From positions 1 to 64,000 of the forward strand of contig CBEUCH010000005.1 in the NCBI GenBank assembly GCA_965541585.1: DNA of 64,000 nt. The letters run 5' to 3'. This document shows positions 29,582-39,130 of this stretch, piece after piece. A program made the translations under genes and the position numbers. The stretch comes from an uncultured bacterium. Lineage in GTDB: Bacteria > Zixibacteria > MSB-5A5 > UBA10806. The notes under the pieces were generated by a model. The model was not told the origin of the DNA. It did no database searches and saw nothing but the letters and a program-made list of their open reading frames with translations. Position 1 is the first letter of the stretch, and each line of letters opens with the position of its first letter.

Positions 29582-30301
29582 TTACTGTAATCTAAATGAA
29601 ACCTTATATTTAATCCAGACCGCCACCGGCTGACCATTGGAAATGGCAGGTTTCCATACCGTTTTCAATGCTGCTTCCAAGGCGGCTTGCCCGAAACCAT
29701 CATTTTCACTCGATCCTCTACCGATCACGACATCGCGAACCTCCCCCTCTTTATCAATCAACACTTCCAGCCAGATGTCTCCTTCGATACCTGCCCGACG
29801 TTCCAGTTTAGGGTAGACCGGCTGCATAGAGTTGACAGGTACTGGCGGTTCATCGAATGGCACAAACTCGCCTCGATCAGGCAGCAAATTATCGATGATT
29901 TTTTCGACATTATACACCGGGTAAGAACCATCCCCGTCGATCGGGAATTCAGGAACCATTGCTCCCAGCTTATTCTGTGTAAGTAAAGCTACTTCCTCCG
30001 GCGCTTCAGAATCCGGAACCGCCACCAATTCGCCCACTTCAGGCGGTTTTGGTGCTTGTGTTGTCTGATTCCTTTGCATTGCATATCGCTTAATAGGAGG
30101 AGGGACAAAGCTTTTTGGCACAACGCAATCTGGAATTTCTTTCACCGTGATTTCGGCACCGACGCTAGCGGGAACTACCTGGAGAAATATAACCGTTGCC
30201 AGCGAAATCATACACGCCGAGATCCCGAATCCTAAGACCATGTTTCTTCTGTACGATGCCTTGAGCCTTGCTGTGGCGGCCAGAGTTGATTTTGCAGACA
30301 T
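29582..30301 (-). CDS. tonB: TonB-family protein, paralogue 2
   Basis: N-terminal TM, Pro-rich linker, YP...RRAGIEG.I.L...ID..G.V TonB_C domain. Confidence 0.88.
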   Translation of the reverse strand: MSAKSTLAATARLKASYRRNMVLGFGISACMISLATVIFLQVVPASVGAEITVKEIPDCVVPKSFVPPPIKRYAMQRNQTTQAPKPPEVGELVAVPDSEAPEEVALLTQNKLGAMVPEFPIDGDGSYPVYNVEKIIDNLLPDRGEFVPFDEPPVPVNSMQPVYPKLERRAGIEGDIWLEVLIDKEGEVRDVVIGRGSSENDGFGQAALEAALKTVWKPAISNGQPVAVWIKYKVSFRLQ

Positions 30302-30332
30302 AACCTGCCTCCTTATGTTTAGTTTCGCAATA

Positions 30333-30360
30333 TATACGATTCAAAGGCGGCATTTATTCC
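30333..30360 (-). promoter_or_regulatory. ECF-type promoter upstream of tonB2
   Basis: GGAAT-N17-CGTATA; shares GGAATAA and CGTATA with the site at 35916. Confidence 0.55.
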
Positions 30361-30368
30361 ATGCCAAC

Positions 30369-30400
30369 AAAAAAGCCCCGCGATTTGTCAACCGCGAGGC
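30369..30400 (-). terminator. Intrinsic terminator after tonB1
   Basis: GCCTCGCGG-loop-TCGCGGGGC followed by TTTTTT. Confidence 0.75.
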
Positions 30401-30447
30401 GTGTCTTTTGCGGGGATATGTCTATCCCCGATTATGAACAACGAGGA

Positions 30448-31176
30448 TTATTCTCTCAACTTGAAATCTATCTTATAAGTAATCCAGACTGCTATTGGCT
30501 GTCCGTTGGCGATAGCAGGTTTCCAGACAGTCTGTTTTGCCGCTTCTATGGCCGCCTCCTCGAAACCCGCGTTGGCGCCGGAATCCTTGACGATTATTAC
30601 GTCACGAACATTGCCCTCTTTATCGACCAGCGCTTTGATCCACACTGACCCCTCGACACCCGCCCTTTGAGCCAGAGCCGGGTATTCCGGCGTAACAGTG
30701 ACGACCTGAACCGGCGCCTCCTCGAAGGGCACGAACTGATCCGGCGACGGAAGCAGTTCGCTAAGGATGTTATCGATATCCATGTCTATCCCGATATCAT
30801 CGAGATCCTCGATGGGAGCGGCGGGCGCCATTTTCGCCAGCTCGTCCTGGGTGGCAATCTCCACTTCCTCCGGCGCCTCCTCGTCGGGGACCGGCTCGGG
30901 AACACCTACGGAAGGCTTAATCTCCCTTTGAGGCGTAGCAACCTTGACCTGTTCCTGTTGTTTGGAGAGCGATGGGGGTATCATGAGATCCGCTGCCGAT
31001 TTGATGACGTATCCAGGAGCGTCGATATGCCTGCCAGCCGCCAGAGTCATAATCAAGACGACTATTCCAATAATCAGGAGATGAGCCGCCGCCGAAATTC
31101 CAAATCCCAGCATCATATTCTTCTGGTATACCTGTTTCAGCTCGAGGGAGCCTGTTAAGAGCGATCTTCCGTTCAT
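30448..31176 (-). CDS. tonB: TonB-family protein, paralogue 1
   Basis: TM with S-x3-H (ISAAAH), Pro/Glu-rich linker, YPALAQRAGVEG TonB_C domain. Confidence 0.9.
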   Translation of the reverse strand: MNGRSLLTGSLELKQVYQKNMMLGFGISAAAHLLIIGIVVLIMTLAAGRHIDAPGYVIKSAADLMIPPSLSKQQEQVKVATPQREIKPSVGVPEPVPDEEAPEEVEIATQDELAKMAPAAPIEDLDDIGIDMDIDNILSELLPSPDQFVPFEEAPVQVVTVTPEYPALAQRAGVEGSVWIKALVDKEGNVRDVIIVKDSGANAGFEEAAIEAAKQTVWKPAIANGQPIAVWITYKIDFKLRE

Positions 31177-31772
31177 TCCTCTACCGTCCCCCCTTCCTTA
31201 ACGATCCCCAGAACATATTCGTCCCAGGCGGTCATATCCTGAAGGCTAAACCTGACAGAATAATCCCCTGTTATCGAAGGATCCACCAGCCTGGCCGCTG
31301 CCAATTCGGCATTTATGGCCCTTTCCACAGCCTGGATCTGATCCATTATGTCGACCATCATCCCGTAAGACGAAGCCTGGTCCATTTTAAGAACCATAAC
31401 CAGTTTCGAGACGTTTCTATTTTTCTCATCAATAAGTCCGCTCAACTCATCAAAACTGACCCTCTCCGGCTGCTTCATATCCTCGCCCATCTGGAAGTAG
31501 AGCGAGTCTTCCTTGTCGACGAACATCATCAGAAGTTTCGATGTAGCTACCGGCTGTGGATCGGGATCGCCTTCTTTCGGTTTTGGAGGCAGCGAGATCT
31601 CCATCGAAAGCGGGCTCGAGAAGACTGTCGTAACCATGTAGAATATCAAAAGCAGAAAAGCGATATCCACCATGGGTGTTAAATCGTTGCGGATCCTGAC
31701 CCGTCTTTTCGGTCTTTTCAGGCCAGTTTTTTTCTTATCCGGCTTGTCCGCACCAACATCTGCTCCGCCCAT
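31173..31772 (-). CDS. exbD: ExbD/TolR family protein
   Basis: DLTPMVDIAFLLLIFYMV with the essential TM Asp. Confidence 0.9.
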   Translation of the reverse strand: MGGADVGADKPDKKKTGLKRPKRRVRIRNDLTPMVDIAFLLLIFYMVTTVFSSPLSMEISLPPKPKEGDPDPQPVATSKLLMMFVDKEDSLYFQMGEDMKQPERVSFDELSGLIDEKNRNVSKLVMVLKMDQASSYGMMVDIMDQIQAVERAINAELAAARLVDPSITGDYSVRFSLQDMTAWDEYVLGIVKEGGTVEE

Positions 31773-31788
31773 AATATCACCTCATCTT

Positions 31789-32322
31789 TTAGCCAGCCGG
31801 CTCCGCGGCGCTTGGCAATTGTTGTCTTCGGATTTTAGTCATCAGAGAGAAACGGTCAATATTGATGTCCTGCAGGGCGTTCATAACCTTTTTCACCGTG
31901 CCATACCTGGCTTTCTCGTCCGCCTTCACCATCACGAGGTATTCTAAGACACCCTTGCGAAGAAATTTTGCTTGCACCCTGATGAATTCAGCAGTCAAGG
32001 TACGGGCGTCGACCTCGACGTAATCCCGGATAATGGTGCTGGAGTCTTTCGGTAAGAAATTGCCCTCGATCACCGTATCACTCGAGGCGATGAAGTTGGT
32101 GATATATTCCAGAAAGATCTCATCATCCTTGTTGACGGTGATATTGATCAGATCCAGATTCGGCACGTGAAATTGGGAAGTCGATGATGGCAGGGAAACA
32201 TGCTGCTTCTCCGGTGGCTTGAACTGAGTGGTGGCCATATAGAAAATCAAAAGGAGAAAGGCAATATCGACCATTGGCGTCATGTCGATAACAATAGAGA
32301 TTCTCCTTTTCTTACTCGCCAT
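31789..32322 (-). CDS. exbD: ExbD/TolR family protein
   Basis: DMTPMVDIAFLLLIFYM; KAD..ARYG.V..VM. Confidence 0.9.
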   Translation of the reverse strand: MASKKRRISIVIDMTPMVDIAFLLLIFYMATTQFKPPEKQHVSLPSSTSQFHVPNLDLINITVNKDDEIFLEYITNFIASSDTVIEGNFLPKDSSTIIRDYVEVDARTLTAEFIRVQAKFLRKGVLEYLVMVKADEKARYGTVKKVMNALQDINIDRFSLMTKIRRQQLPSAAEPAG

Positions 32323-32323
32323 T

Positions 32324-33082
32324 TTACGCGCCTTCCTTTTCCTTCAAGAGTTGTATGACCTCGTATGAGGCCTCATCGATTGTGTAGTTGAAAGCGTCGA
32401 CCTTGTTTACAAAGAAGTTATATGCCACAATACCGATAATGGCACTTAATAACCCGCCGGCCGTATTAATCAGCGCCTCGGAAATACCAACAGCCAACGC
32501 CTCCGCATTAATAACGCCGCCGGTCCTGTGACCGGTTGCTGCGAAGGCCCTGATCATGCCGACGGTGGTTCCCAGAAGTCCCACCATAGTGGCGACCGAT
32601 GCAATTGTCGAAAGGGCAATAAGGTTTCTCTCCAGAAGCGGAACCTCCAGAGCGTTTGCCTCCTCGAGCGCTCTCTGAGTCTCGGAGATCTTCTTCTCGA
32701 ATTTCATGGAGCTATCGTCTTTGACGATGTTGAATCTCTCTATTCCGGCCCTCAGGATGTTGGCGATGGTGCCTTTCTGCTTATCGCAGGCGGCGAGAGC
32801 GTTTTCATAATCATTCGCTTGAATGGCCATCACGACTCGCTTAAAGAATGACTGGACGGAGGCCTTCCCTGAAGCCACCCCATACAATGTGATGGATCGC
32901 TCGATAATGAATCCAAAAACCAACACCAGAAGTGCGATCAGCACAATGACCAGTGGTCCGCCCTCATATATGGTGTGCATAATGGTGCCTTTGGGCTGGG
33001 CTTTGAAGATGCCATACCACATACCGAAACCCACCGCGAAGGCCACAATAAAGAGGATCGTGATAAAAATTACCTGGCGCAA
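32324..33082 (-). CDS. exbB: MotA/TolQ/ExbB proton channel protein
   Basis: GLLGTTVGMIRAF, LAVGISEALINTAGGL; TTG start with AAGGAGG. Confidence 0.93.
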   Translation of the reverse strand: MRQVIFITILFIVAFAVGFGMWYGIFKAQPKGTIMHTIYEGGPLVIVLIALLVLVFGFIIERSITLYGVASGKASVQSFFKRVVMAIQANDYENALAACDKQKGTIANILRAGIERFNIVKDDSSMKFEKKISETQRALEEANALEVPLLERNLIALSTIASVATMVGLLGTTVGMIRAFAATGHRTGGVINAEALAVGISEALINTAGGLLSAIIGIVAYNFFVNKVDAFNYTIDEASYEVIQLLKEKEGA

Positions 33083-33158
33083 GTTGGTTGCCTCCTTTTC
33101 CTATTTTTTTTAAACAACTCTAATCATCCAATTTTCAGCTATTTCCTCTGCCAGAGCC

Positions 33159-33866
33159 CTATATCCCTCGGGCCTGCGCAAAACCCAGAATTAACCCTAC
33201 TATATTCAGCCAGAATCCAACCCCCGTCATTGTGAAAATTGCCAGCAGACTCAGCGATTCGCCAATCCCGTCGATCCCCAGCGAACCGAAGGGATGCGGG
33301 CCGCCGAAGAGTAGTATAATAAACAATACCGCGTAGAGAAGGATCGGAATATAAGTGAAACGATTGAACTTCTTAACCGTTTCCAGATATTTGTCGCCTT
33401 TATTTTTGTTTAAAACGCCCAGGATATTCAGAATTCCCGCCACGGGACAGCTTAACAGCAAAAGCGAAAAGATGATTATCGTCAATATCATGGCTATCCC
33501 GCCCCAGGCAGCATAGCTGCCGATAAATGGAAGATTCAAAAAGAAGGATATCGCCGATCCCGAGATGCCTCTGCCTGACGGATCGATCGAGTAGACCGGC
33601 AGGAAAAACGCCAGAATCAATATCGCACCGCCGATAATCGAGACCGCCTTGTCGACCGCTGTCATCGATTTGATATTCAAAATGGCCGTATCCCGATCCA
33701 ATATCGAAATCTGGCCATCGCGGGCTTTTACCTGCCTGACAAAACGCTTCTTCTCGTCGTCTGATTTCCAAAAATCCTCAACATTACCGGGATAGACGTC
33801 AAAGCCAAGGTATCTATAAATGGCATCGGAATCGGGCTTCTTATTCCCCATCTTCTCCTCCGTCAC
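33159..33866 (-). CDS. Hypothetical membrane protein, about 4 TM
   Basis: Soluble N-terminal ~70 aa then hydrophobic segments; coupled to the TPR gene (4-nt overlap). Confidence 0.75.
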   Translation of the reverse strand: MTEEKMGNKKPDSDAIYRYLGFDVYPGNVEDFWKSDDEKKRFVRQVKARDGQISILDRDTAILNIKSMTAVDKAVSIIGGAILILAFFLPVYSIDPSGRGISGSAISFFLNLPFIGSYAAWGGIAMILTIIIFSLLLLSCPVAGILNILGVLNKNKGDKYLETVKKFNRFTYIPILLYAVLFIILLFGGPHPFGSLGIDGIGESLSLLAIFTMTGVGFWLNIVGLILGFAQARGI

Positions 33867-35563
33867 TCCTCCCCCTGGAATCTGGTCTGCATTTCGGCCT
33901 TTCTGGCATCGGGGTTGCCAGGGTCAATCTCCAGGACTTTTTTATAATAAGTATTAGCTTCCTTGATCAAATTGCATGTATGATATGACGAAGCGATATT
34001 GAACAATACAGAAATTTCTTTTGGATCACACTTTTCGGCTTTAAGCAGGATAGGTGTCGCCTCGGTACACTTTCGAAGCTTCAGGTAACTCAGGCCAAGG
34101 TCAGGGTAGATCACGCACCGCACTGAATCGGTCAGATCGGTGCCCTGATCATTCAAGAGGTATTGGAAATGATGGATAGATTTCTGATATTTTTCATTGA
34201 ATGTATATATCTTTCCCAGCATGGAACGCATCATGGTATCCTCAGGCTTGATCTGCAGTGCCTTCTCAAATGTCACGGCAGCCAGATCATAAGCTTCCGT
34301 CTTCAGATAGCAAAACGCCAGGTTGCGATAGGCATTTACGCTGGTCGAATCCAGCCCGATCTTGCCTTTAAAGAACGGAATCGCTCCGGCATAATCCCTC
34401 TTATAATACATCGATAAACCGGCATATTCGTATGCCGCTGAGAAGGAGGAATCGAGCTCTATTGCCCTCCGGAACGAGACCAGAGCGGAGTCGAAATAGG
34501 GCGTATTCTTGACTCCCAGTTTGATCTCTACTTTACCTTTATCGAACCAGTAAAGGACGCTGTCGGGTTGCCCGAATGCCGCTTCATATCGGTTGTAAGC
34601 ATCAATCGATTTCTCATACTCTTTACCACCGGCGTAAATCCTGGCCAGGTATCCGTAGGATTCCGCTTCATGAGATCCCAGGCTAACCGCTTTTTCAAAA
34701 GACTCCGCGGCTTTCTCATCGTTTCTCAGTTTGAGATGATATATCTTAGCCAGATCAAACCAGATTTCACCGTTATCCGGCACTATTTCCATATACTTCT
34801 CGTAACAAAACGCCGCCTCTGATGGCTTTTCAGATAATTTGCATATATTAGCCAACTCAAGCCATGCCGTTGTATCGTCCGGATGGAGATCCAGATCTAT
34901 TCTGTATTCCTCAATTGCCTTCTCGACATTTCGCATCTGAATGTAGGCTTTGGCCATTTTATAGTGCAAATCCTCAACGGTGCGATCCAGCGTGGAATCG
35001 AATTCGATAGCCTTATAAAATTCTGTTATGGCGATGGAGAACACCTTATTCCGATAATTGACCTCTCCCAAGGCCAGATGATACCTGGCGTTCTTCTTGT
35101 CCTTATCTATAGCCTTCCTGAGGTTCAGGTCGGCTTCTGCATAATTCTCCATCTCTGTCTGGGCCAACCCGAGTCCGTATAAAAACTCCCCTTTTTTCTT
35201 CTTGGTTTTGATGCCCCGCTCGAAGAATTCAATTGCCCGTTCGTGATCCCCGGTATGATATGCCGACATGCCCGCTCCCAGCAGAGACTCGGCATCCTTC
35301 TTTTTCCTTGCGAGCGCCTTTTCGTAAAAACTCAGCGCCTCCTGATATTCTTCCAGATCGAAATAAAGACCGCCGGCCAGGCGATTGAGCTTAAAATGCT
35401 CAGGTTCAGTGGCCAGAGCCGTGACAGCCACTCCCACGGCTTCCTGCAGATTGCCCATTTCTTTCAATGACTTAGCCTGTTTGTAGGCATCGTCGGCGGG
35501 CCCGGCATTAGCAGCGCAAACCAAGCTCGCAATGGCAATCAGAGTCAAAAGAGATCGTTTCAG
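33863..35563 (-). CDS. Periplasmic TPR repeat protein (CTG start at 35563 proposed; ORF-track GTG at 35656)
   Basis: More than ten TPR-like units; CTG start after GGAGAGG gives signal peptide MKRSLLTLIAIASLVCAANA. Confidence 0.85.
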   Translation of the reverse strand: MKRSLLTLIAIASLVCAANAGPADDAYKQAKSLKEMGNLQEAVGVAVTALATEPEHFKLNRLAGGLYFDLEEYQEALSFYEKALARKKKDAESLLGAGMSAYHTGDHERAIEFFERGIKTKKKKGEFLYGLGLAQTEMENYAEADLNLRKAIDKDKKNARYHLALGEVNYRNKVFSIAITEFYKAIEFDSTLDRTVEDLHYKMAKAYIQMRNVEKAIEEYRIDLDLHPDDTTAWLELANICKLSEKPSEAAFCYEKYMEIVPDNGEIWFDLAKIYHLKLRNDEKAAESFEKAVSLGSHEAESYGYLARIYAGGKEYEKSIDAYNRYEAAFGQPDSVLYWFDKGKVEIKLGVKNTPYFDSALVSFRRAIELDSSFSAAYEYAGLSMYYKRDYAGAIPFFKGKIGLDSTSVNAYRNLAFCYLKTEAYDLAAVTFEKALQIKPEDTMMRSMLGKIYTFNEKYQKSIHHFQYLLNDQGTDLTDSVRCVIYPDLGLSYLKLRKCTEATPILLKAEKCDPKEISVLFNIASSYHTCNLIKEANTYYKKVLEIDPGNPDARKAEMQTRFQGEE

Positions 35564-35648
35564 GTTACGTTGTCCTCTCCATAAAGTGAGGCCCCCTAAC
35601 AAATTAGATAAGTAAAATACCAAACGGCTCTCCAATGTCAAGGTTTTT

Positions 35649-35894
35649 TTAATCACCTTTAACGCCTTTTTCCCGTGATTTCATGCGCCTGATGATCATA
35701 CCGCCTCGAATAATGCCGTAACCTATCAGAACCAAGCCTACCACTATTTTCATGGCACCTTGGAGGAAAATGTGGTCTCTTAAGATAAGACCGGAGAGTA
35801 TCCCAGCACCCAGAATGAAAAATATTATCGCCAGTAACAGCGTAATCCATTCCAGTACCTTCTGCGGAGCGCCGGTATTTTGTAAATTCTCCAC
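35649..35894 (-). CDS. Small two-TM membrane protein
   Basis: 81 aa, two hydrophobic helices, GAGGAG SD before GTG. Confidence 0.75.
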   Translation of the reverse strand: MENLQNTGAPQKVLEWITLLLAIIFFILGAGILSGLILRDHIFLQGAMKIVVGLVLIGYGIIRGGMIIRRMKSREKGVKGD

Positions 35895-35915
35895 TCTAAT
35901 AGCTCCTCACCTATT

Positions 35916-35942
35916 TATACGTTACACGGTCGGTATTATTCC
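35916..35942 (-). promoter_or_regulatory. ECF-type promoter upstream of the TPR-ExbBDD-TonB operon
   Basis: GGAAT-N16-CGTATA. Confidence 0.55.
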
Positions 35943-37067
35943 TTAAACCAATCTCTTTTTCAATCTCAAGGATGCCAATGCAATAATGGCCACACTCCAG
36001 GCGAGCAGTATTATCGCTTCCTGCCACAAATCTATAATGCTGCTGCCTCTGAGAAATAAACCCCTTATGATGGTTAAGTAATATCTCATAGGCAGAAAAT
36101 AGGTCGCCACTTGAATCGGTTCAGGCATGTTGCCTATCGGGAAGATAAACCCGGAAAGCAGAACATTGGGGATCACAAATACCTGATTGGCCCACATAGC
36201 CTGATCGGCGGTATAAGAGAAGGTGGAAATTAGAAGCCCCGCTGACAAACAGGCCAGGATAAAAGACGCCGATAATAAATACAGGGCGGCGATGGACCCC
36301 GCAAAAGCTATCTCAAACCAGGCCAGCCCCACCACCAGCACAAGTGTGATTACCATATAACCCACGAACAAAGGTGGTATGAGTTTCCCGATGAGAAGGT
36401 CAAAGGGATTGATCGGTGTTACCGCCAGCTGTTCTGCCGTGCCCTGCTCACGTTCACGGACTATCCCGAGAGTGGTGAGGTTCAAGAGCAATATCAAGGT
36501 AAGCATGCCCATGACTCCCGGAACCATAAAGTTAACCGATTTAAGCTCCGGATTGAACCAGATCCTGGGCTCAGTCTCAGGCAATACCATCGGCTGAATA
36601 CCCTGCGACGAAAGATATCCAAGGGTCAGATCGTTTGAATAGCCCCGGACTATCATCTTCGCGTAACCCGATACAATTGTAGCCAGGTTAGAATTGGTTC
36701 CATCGATATAGATACCTACCGTAGTCTCTTCGCTTCGCTTTAACAGGCGAGCAAAATCTGCCGGGATTACCATACCCAGGACCGCTTCCCCTGAATCGAG
36801 ATACGGATCTATATCGTTCTGACCATCAACAAATCCTGCTATTGTGAAATAGCCGCTGGAAACGAACCGACTTATGAAATCCCGGCTGTCGGGTGTGCGG
36901 CTTTGATCACAGATGACCATGGGGTTCTTCCTGATATCCGTCCGAGCAACGTAACCGAACACGACAAGCTGTATTATCGGGGCAATGATCAGCATTCCGA
37001 ATATTCGCCTGTCTCTTAAAAGCTGAATGAATTCCTTCCTGGCAATGAAATAGATTCTTCTCAACAT
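35943..37067 (-). CDS. ABC-2 type permease (YbhR-like)
   Basis: KEFIQLLRD, WFNPEL, IVREREQGT.EQL, LLSGFIFPI. Confidence 0.92.
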   Translation of the reverse strand: MLRRIYFIARKEFIQLLRDRRIFGMLIIAPIIQLVVFGYVARTDIRKNPMVICDQSRTPDSRDFISRFVSSGYFTIAGFVDGQNDIDPYLDSGEAVLGMVIPADFARLLKRSEETTVGIYIDGTNSNLATIVSGYAKMIVRGYSNDLTLGYLSSQGIQPMVLPETEPRIWFNPELKSVNFMVPGVMGMLTLILLLNLTTLGIVREREQGTAEQLAVTPINPFDLLIGKLIPPLFVGYMVITLVLVVGLAWFEIAFAGSIAALYLLSASFILACLSAGLLISTFSYTADQAMWANQVFVIPNVLLSGFIFPIGNMPEPIQVATYFLPMRYYLTIIRGLFLRGSSIIDLWQEAIILLAWSVAIIALASLRLKKRLV

Positions 37068-38176
37068 CAGTCAAGACTCTTTTTGAATTTCAAAGAGGCC
37101 AGCCCCAGGAACACCGTGGCGTTGGCCACGAGGAAAACACCTTGCGGCCATAAAACCTCGAGGCCCACTCCCTTCAGAAAAATCCCGCGCAATATTACCA
37201 GAAAATATCGAGCCGGAACGAGATATGTGATGCCCTGGATGATCGTCGGCATGCTTGATATCGGAAATATGAAACCCGAAAGAAGAATCGACGGGAGCAG
37301 ACTTATCAGAAACGCCAGCAACTGCGAATATGCAACGTTTCTGGAAATTGCGGAAACGAACAGGCCGATACCGAGAGCGTTCGCCAGGAAAAGAATTGAA
37401 AACATGCCGACATATAATAGATTTCCCCTGATCGGCACCTTGAAAACGAAATATCCCGCGGCTACAACCAGGCAAACGTCAATAAACGAAATCAGGATAT
37501 AAGGTGCAATCTTGCCCAGAATATATTCCCATGATTTCACGGGAGATGCAGCAATCAGCTCCATCGAACCGTATTGTTTTTCTTTGACGATAGCATTGGA
37601 GGTCAATAATGCTCCGAGCAGCATCATCACTATGGCTATTATCCCCGGGATGATAAAATTCGATGATTTAAGTTCGGAATTATACCAGATCCGGGTCCTT
37701 TCGACAACCGACGGATACTCAAGATCGGTAGCCAAATCCAGACTCAGGCGGGTGAAATCAAAAAACACTGCGGCCTGATAGCCCATAGCCACGTTGGCTG
37801 TATTAGCGTCCGATCCGTTGACCAGTACCTGGACATTTCCACCGGTCTTGGAGGCGATGTCGGAGGCAAAGTCAGGTGGGATTACCAGCCCGAGTATGAT
37901 CTCATCATTCACCAGAAGCTCCTCAAGCTGCCCGTACGAATCGACCTGTTCTTTCAAAACGAAATATCCCGATGACGTGAATTTCCCGATCAACTCTCTC
38001 GATATTCGGCTTCTTGATTGATCGTAAACCGCCAGGGCAACGTTTTTGATATCGAATGTCACCCCGTACCCGTAGATGACCATTAGCATTAAGGGAAAAA
38101 AGATAACCAGAAGGAGCGAGCGCCTGTCTCGCAGGACGCTGATAAACTCTCTCTTTGCAACCGCAAGAAATCTCAT
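37067..38176 (-). CDS. ABC-2 type permease (YbhS-like)
   Basis: KREF...RD, YGYGVTFD, IVKEKQYGSME, LLSGFIFPI. Confidence 0.92.
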   Translation of the reverse strand: MRFLAVAKREFISVLRDRRSLLLVIFFPLMLMVIYGYGVTFDIKNVALAVYDQSRSRISRELIGKFTSSGYFVLKEQVDSYGQLEELLVNDEIILGLVIPPDFASDIASKTGGNVQVLVNGSDANTANVAMGYQAAVFFDFTRLSLDLATDLEYPSVVERTRIWYNSELKSSNFIIPGIIAIVMMLLGALLTSNAIVKEKQYGSMELIAASPVKSWEYILGKIAPYILISFIDVCLVVAAGYFVFKVPIRGNLLYVGMFSILFLANALGIGLFVSAISRNVAYSQLLAFLISLLPSILLSGFIFPISSMPTIIQGITYLVPARYFLVILRGIFLKGVGLEVLWPQGVFLVANATVFLGLASLKFKKSLD

Positions 38177-39129
38177 CTACCGACCGATCCTGCTTTTTCG
38201 GGAGAGCGCAATACATTTATGAATGCATCCTCCAGCGACGGCGATATCTCCCTTATGGATACCTCTTCAATCCCCCGCGTCGTCAGAAACGATCTTATCT
38301 GCTCTATGTCCTCACCGTCATAATCGAGATGTATTTTGCTTCCGAAAAGCGAGCATTTGCCGAATCTTGCCTCCTCGCGACGGAGAAGATCGAAGCCAAT
38401 TCGCCAATCGGTGACAGATATTTCATATATCCGACCCGCTGTAGAGCTTTGCTTTAGAACCGAAGGGGCATCGAGTCTGATCAGCCTTCCTTCGTCTATA
38501 AGAGCTATGCGATCGCAATGTTCGGCCTCATCCATATAGTGGGTGGTTATGAATACGGTAGCTCCCGACGATGAGAGTTCGTAAATCAGGTCCCAGAAAT
38601 CTCTCCGCGAGAGGGGATCTATGCCGGCTGTCGGCTCGTCCAGAAACAAGATCGAAGGATTATGTAGCAACGCTGCTCCCAGGGCGAGCCTCTGTTTGAA
38701 TCCCCCGGAGAGGTTACCGGTCAGGTCATTCCGACGATCGACCAGATTTGACATCGAAAGCGCCCATTCGATCCTCTTGCGCCTTTCGTGTCCAGAAAGA
38801 CCGTAAATCCCGCCGAAAAACTCGAGATTTTCAGCTGCCGTGAGATCATCATATAGAGAAAATTTCTGGGACATGTAGCCGGTTATGAGCTTTATGCCGG
38901 ATCTTTCTTTCAGGATCGAATATCCTCCGACACTACCTTCTCCGGCAGTCGGTTCTATGATTCCACATAGCATCCTGATCGTCGTTGATTTACCAGCGCC
39001 GTTGGGTCCCAGGAAACCGAACACCTCCCCTTTCGCCACTTCGAAACTCATGTTGTCTACTGCGACAAAATCATCGAACTTCTTGGTCAATCCTTCGACG
39101 CAAACCGCCGGTCCATCATACGGGATCAT
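38173..39129 (-). CDS. ABC ATP-binding protein (YbhF C-terminal half-like)
   Basis: GPNGAGKST, GYMSQKFSLY, LSGG, DEPT, THYMDEAE. Confidence 0.93.
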   Translation of the reverse strand: MIPYDGPAVCVEGLTKKFDDFVAVDNMSFEVAKGEVFGFLGPNGAGKSTTIRMLCGIIEPTAGEGSVGGYSILKERSGIKLITGYMSQKFSLYDDLTAAENLEFFGGIYGLSGHERRKRIEWALSMSNLVDRRNDLTGNLSGGFKQRLALGAALLHNPSILFLDEPTAGIDPLSRRDFWDLIYELSSSGATVFITTHYMDEAEHCDRIALIDEGRLIRLDAPSVLKQSSTAGRIYEISVTDWRIGFDLLRREEARFGKCSLFGSKIHLDYDGEDIEQIRSFLTTRGIEEVSIREISPSLEDAFINVLRSPEKAGSVGR

Positions 39130-39130
39130 T

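Noticed and set aside
30349..30366. sigma54 promoter before tonB2 (TGGCA...TGC)
   Set aside because: GG-to-GC spacing is 12 nt rather than 10
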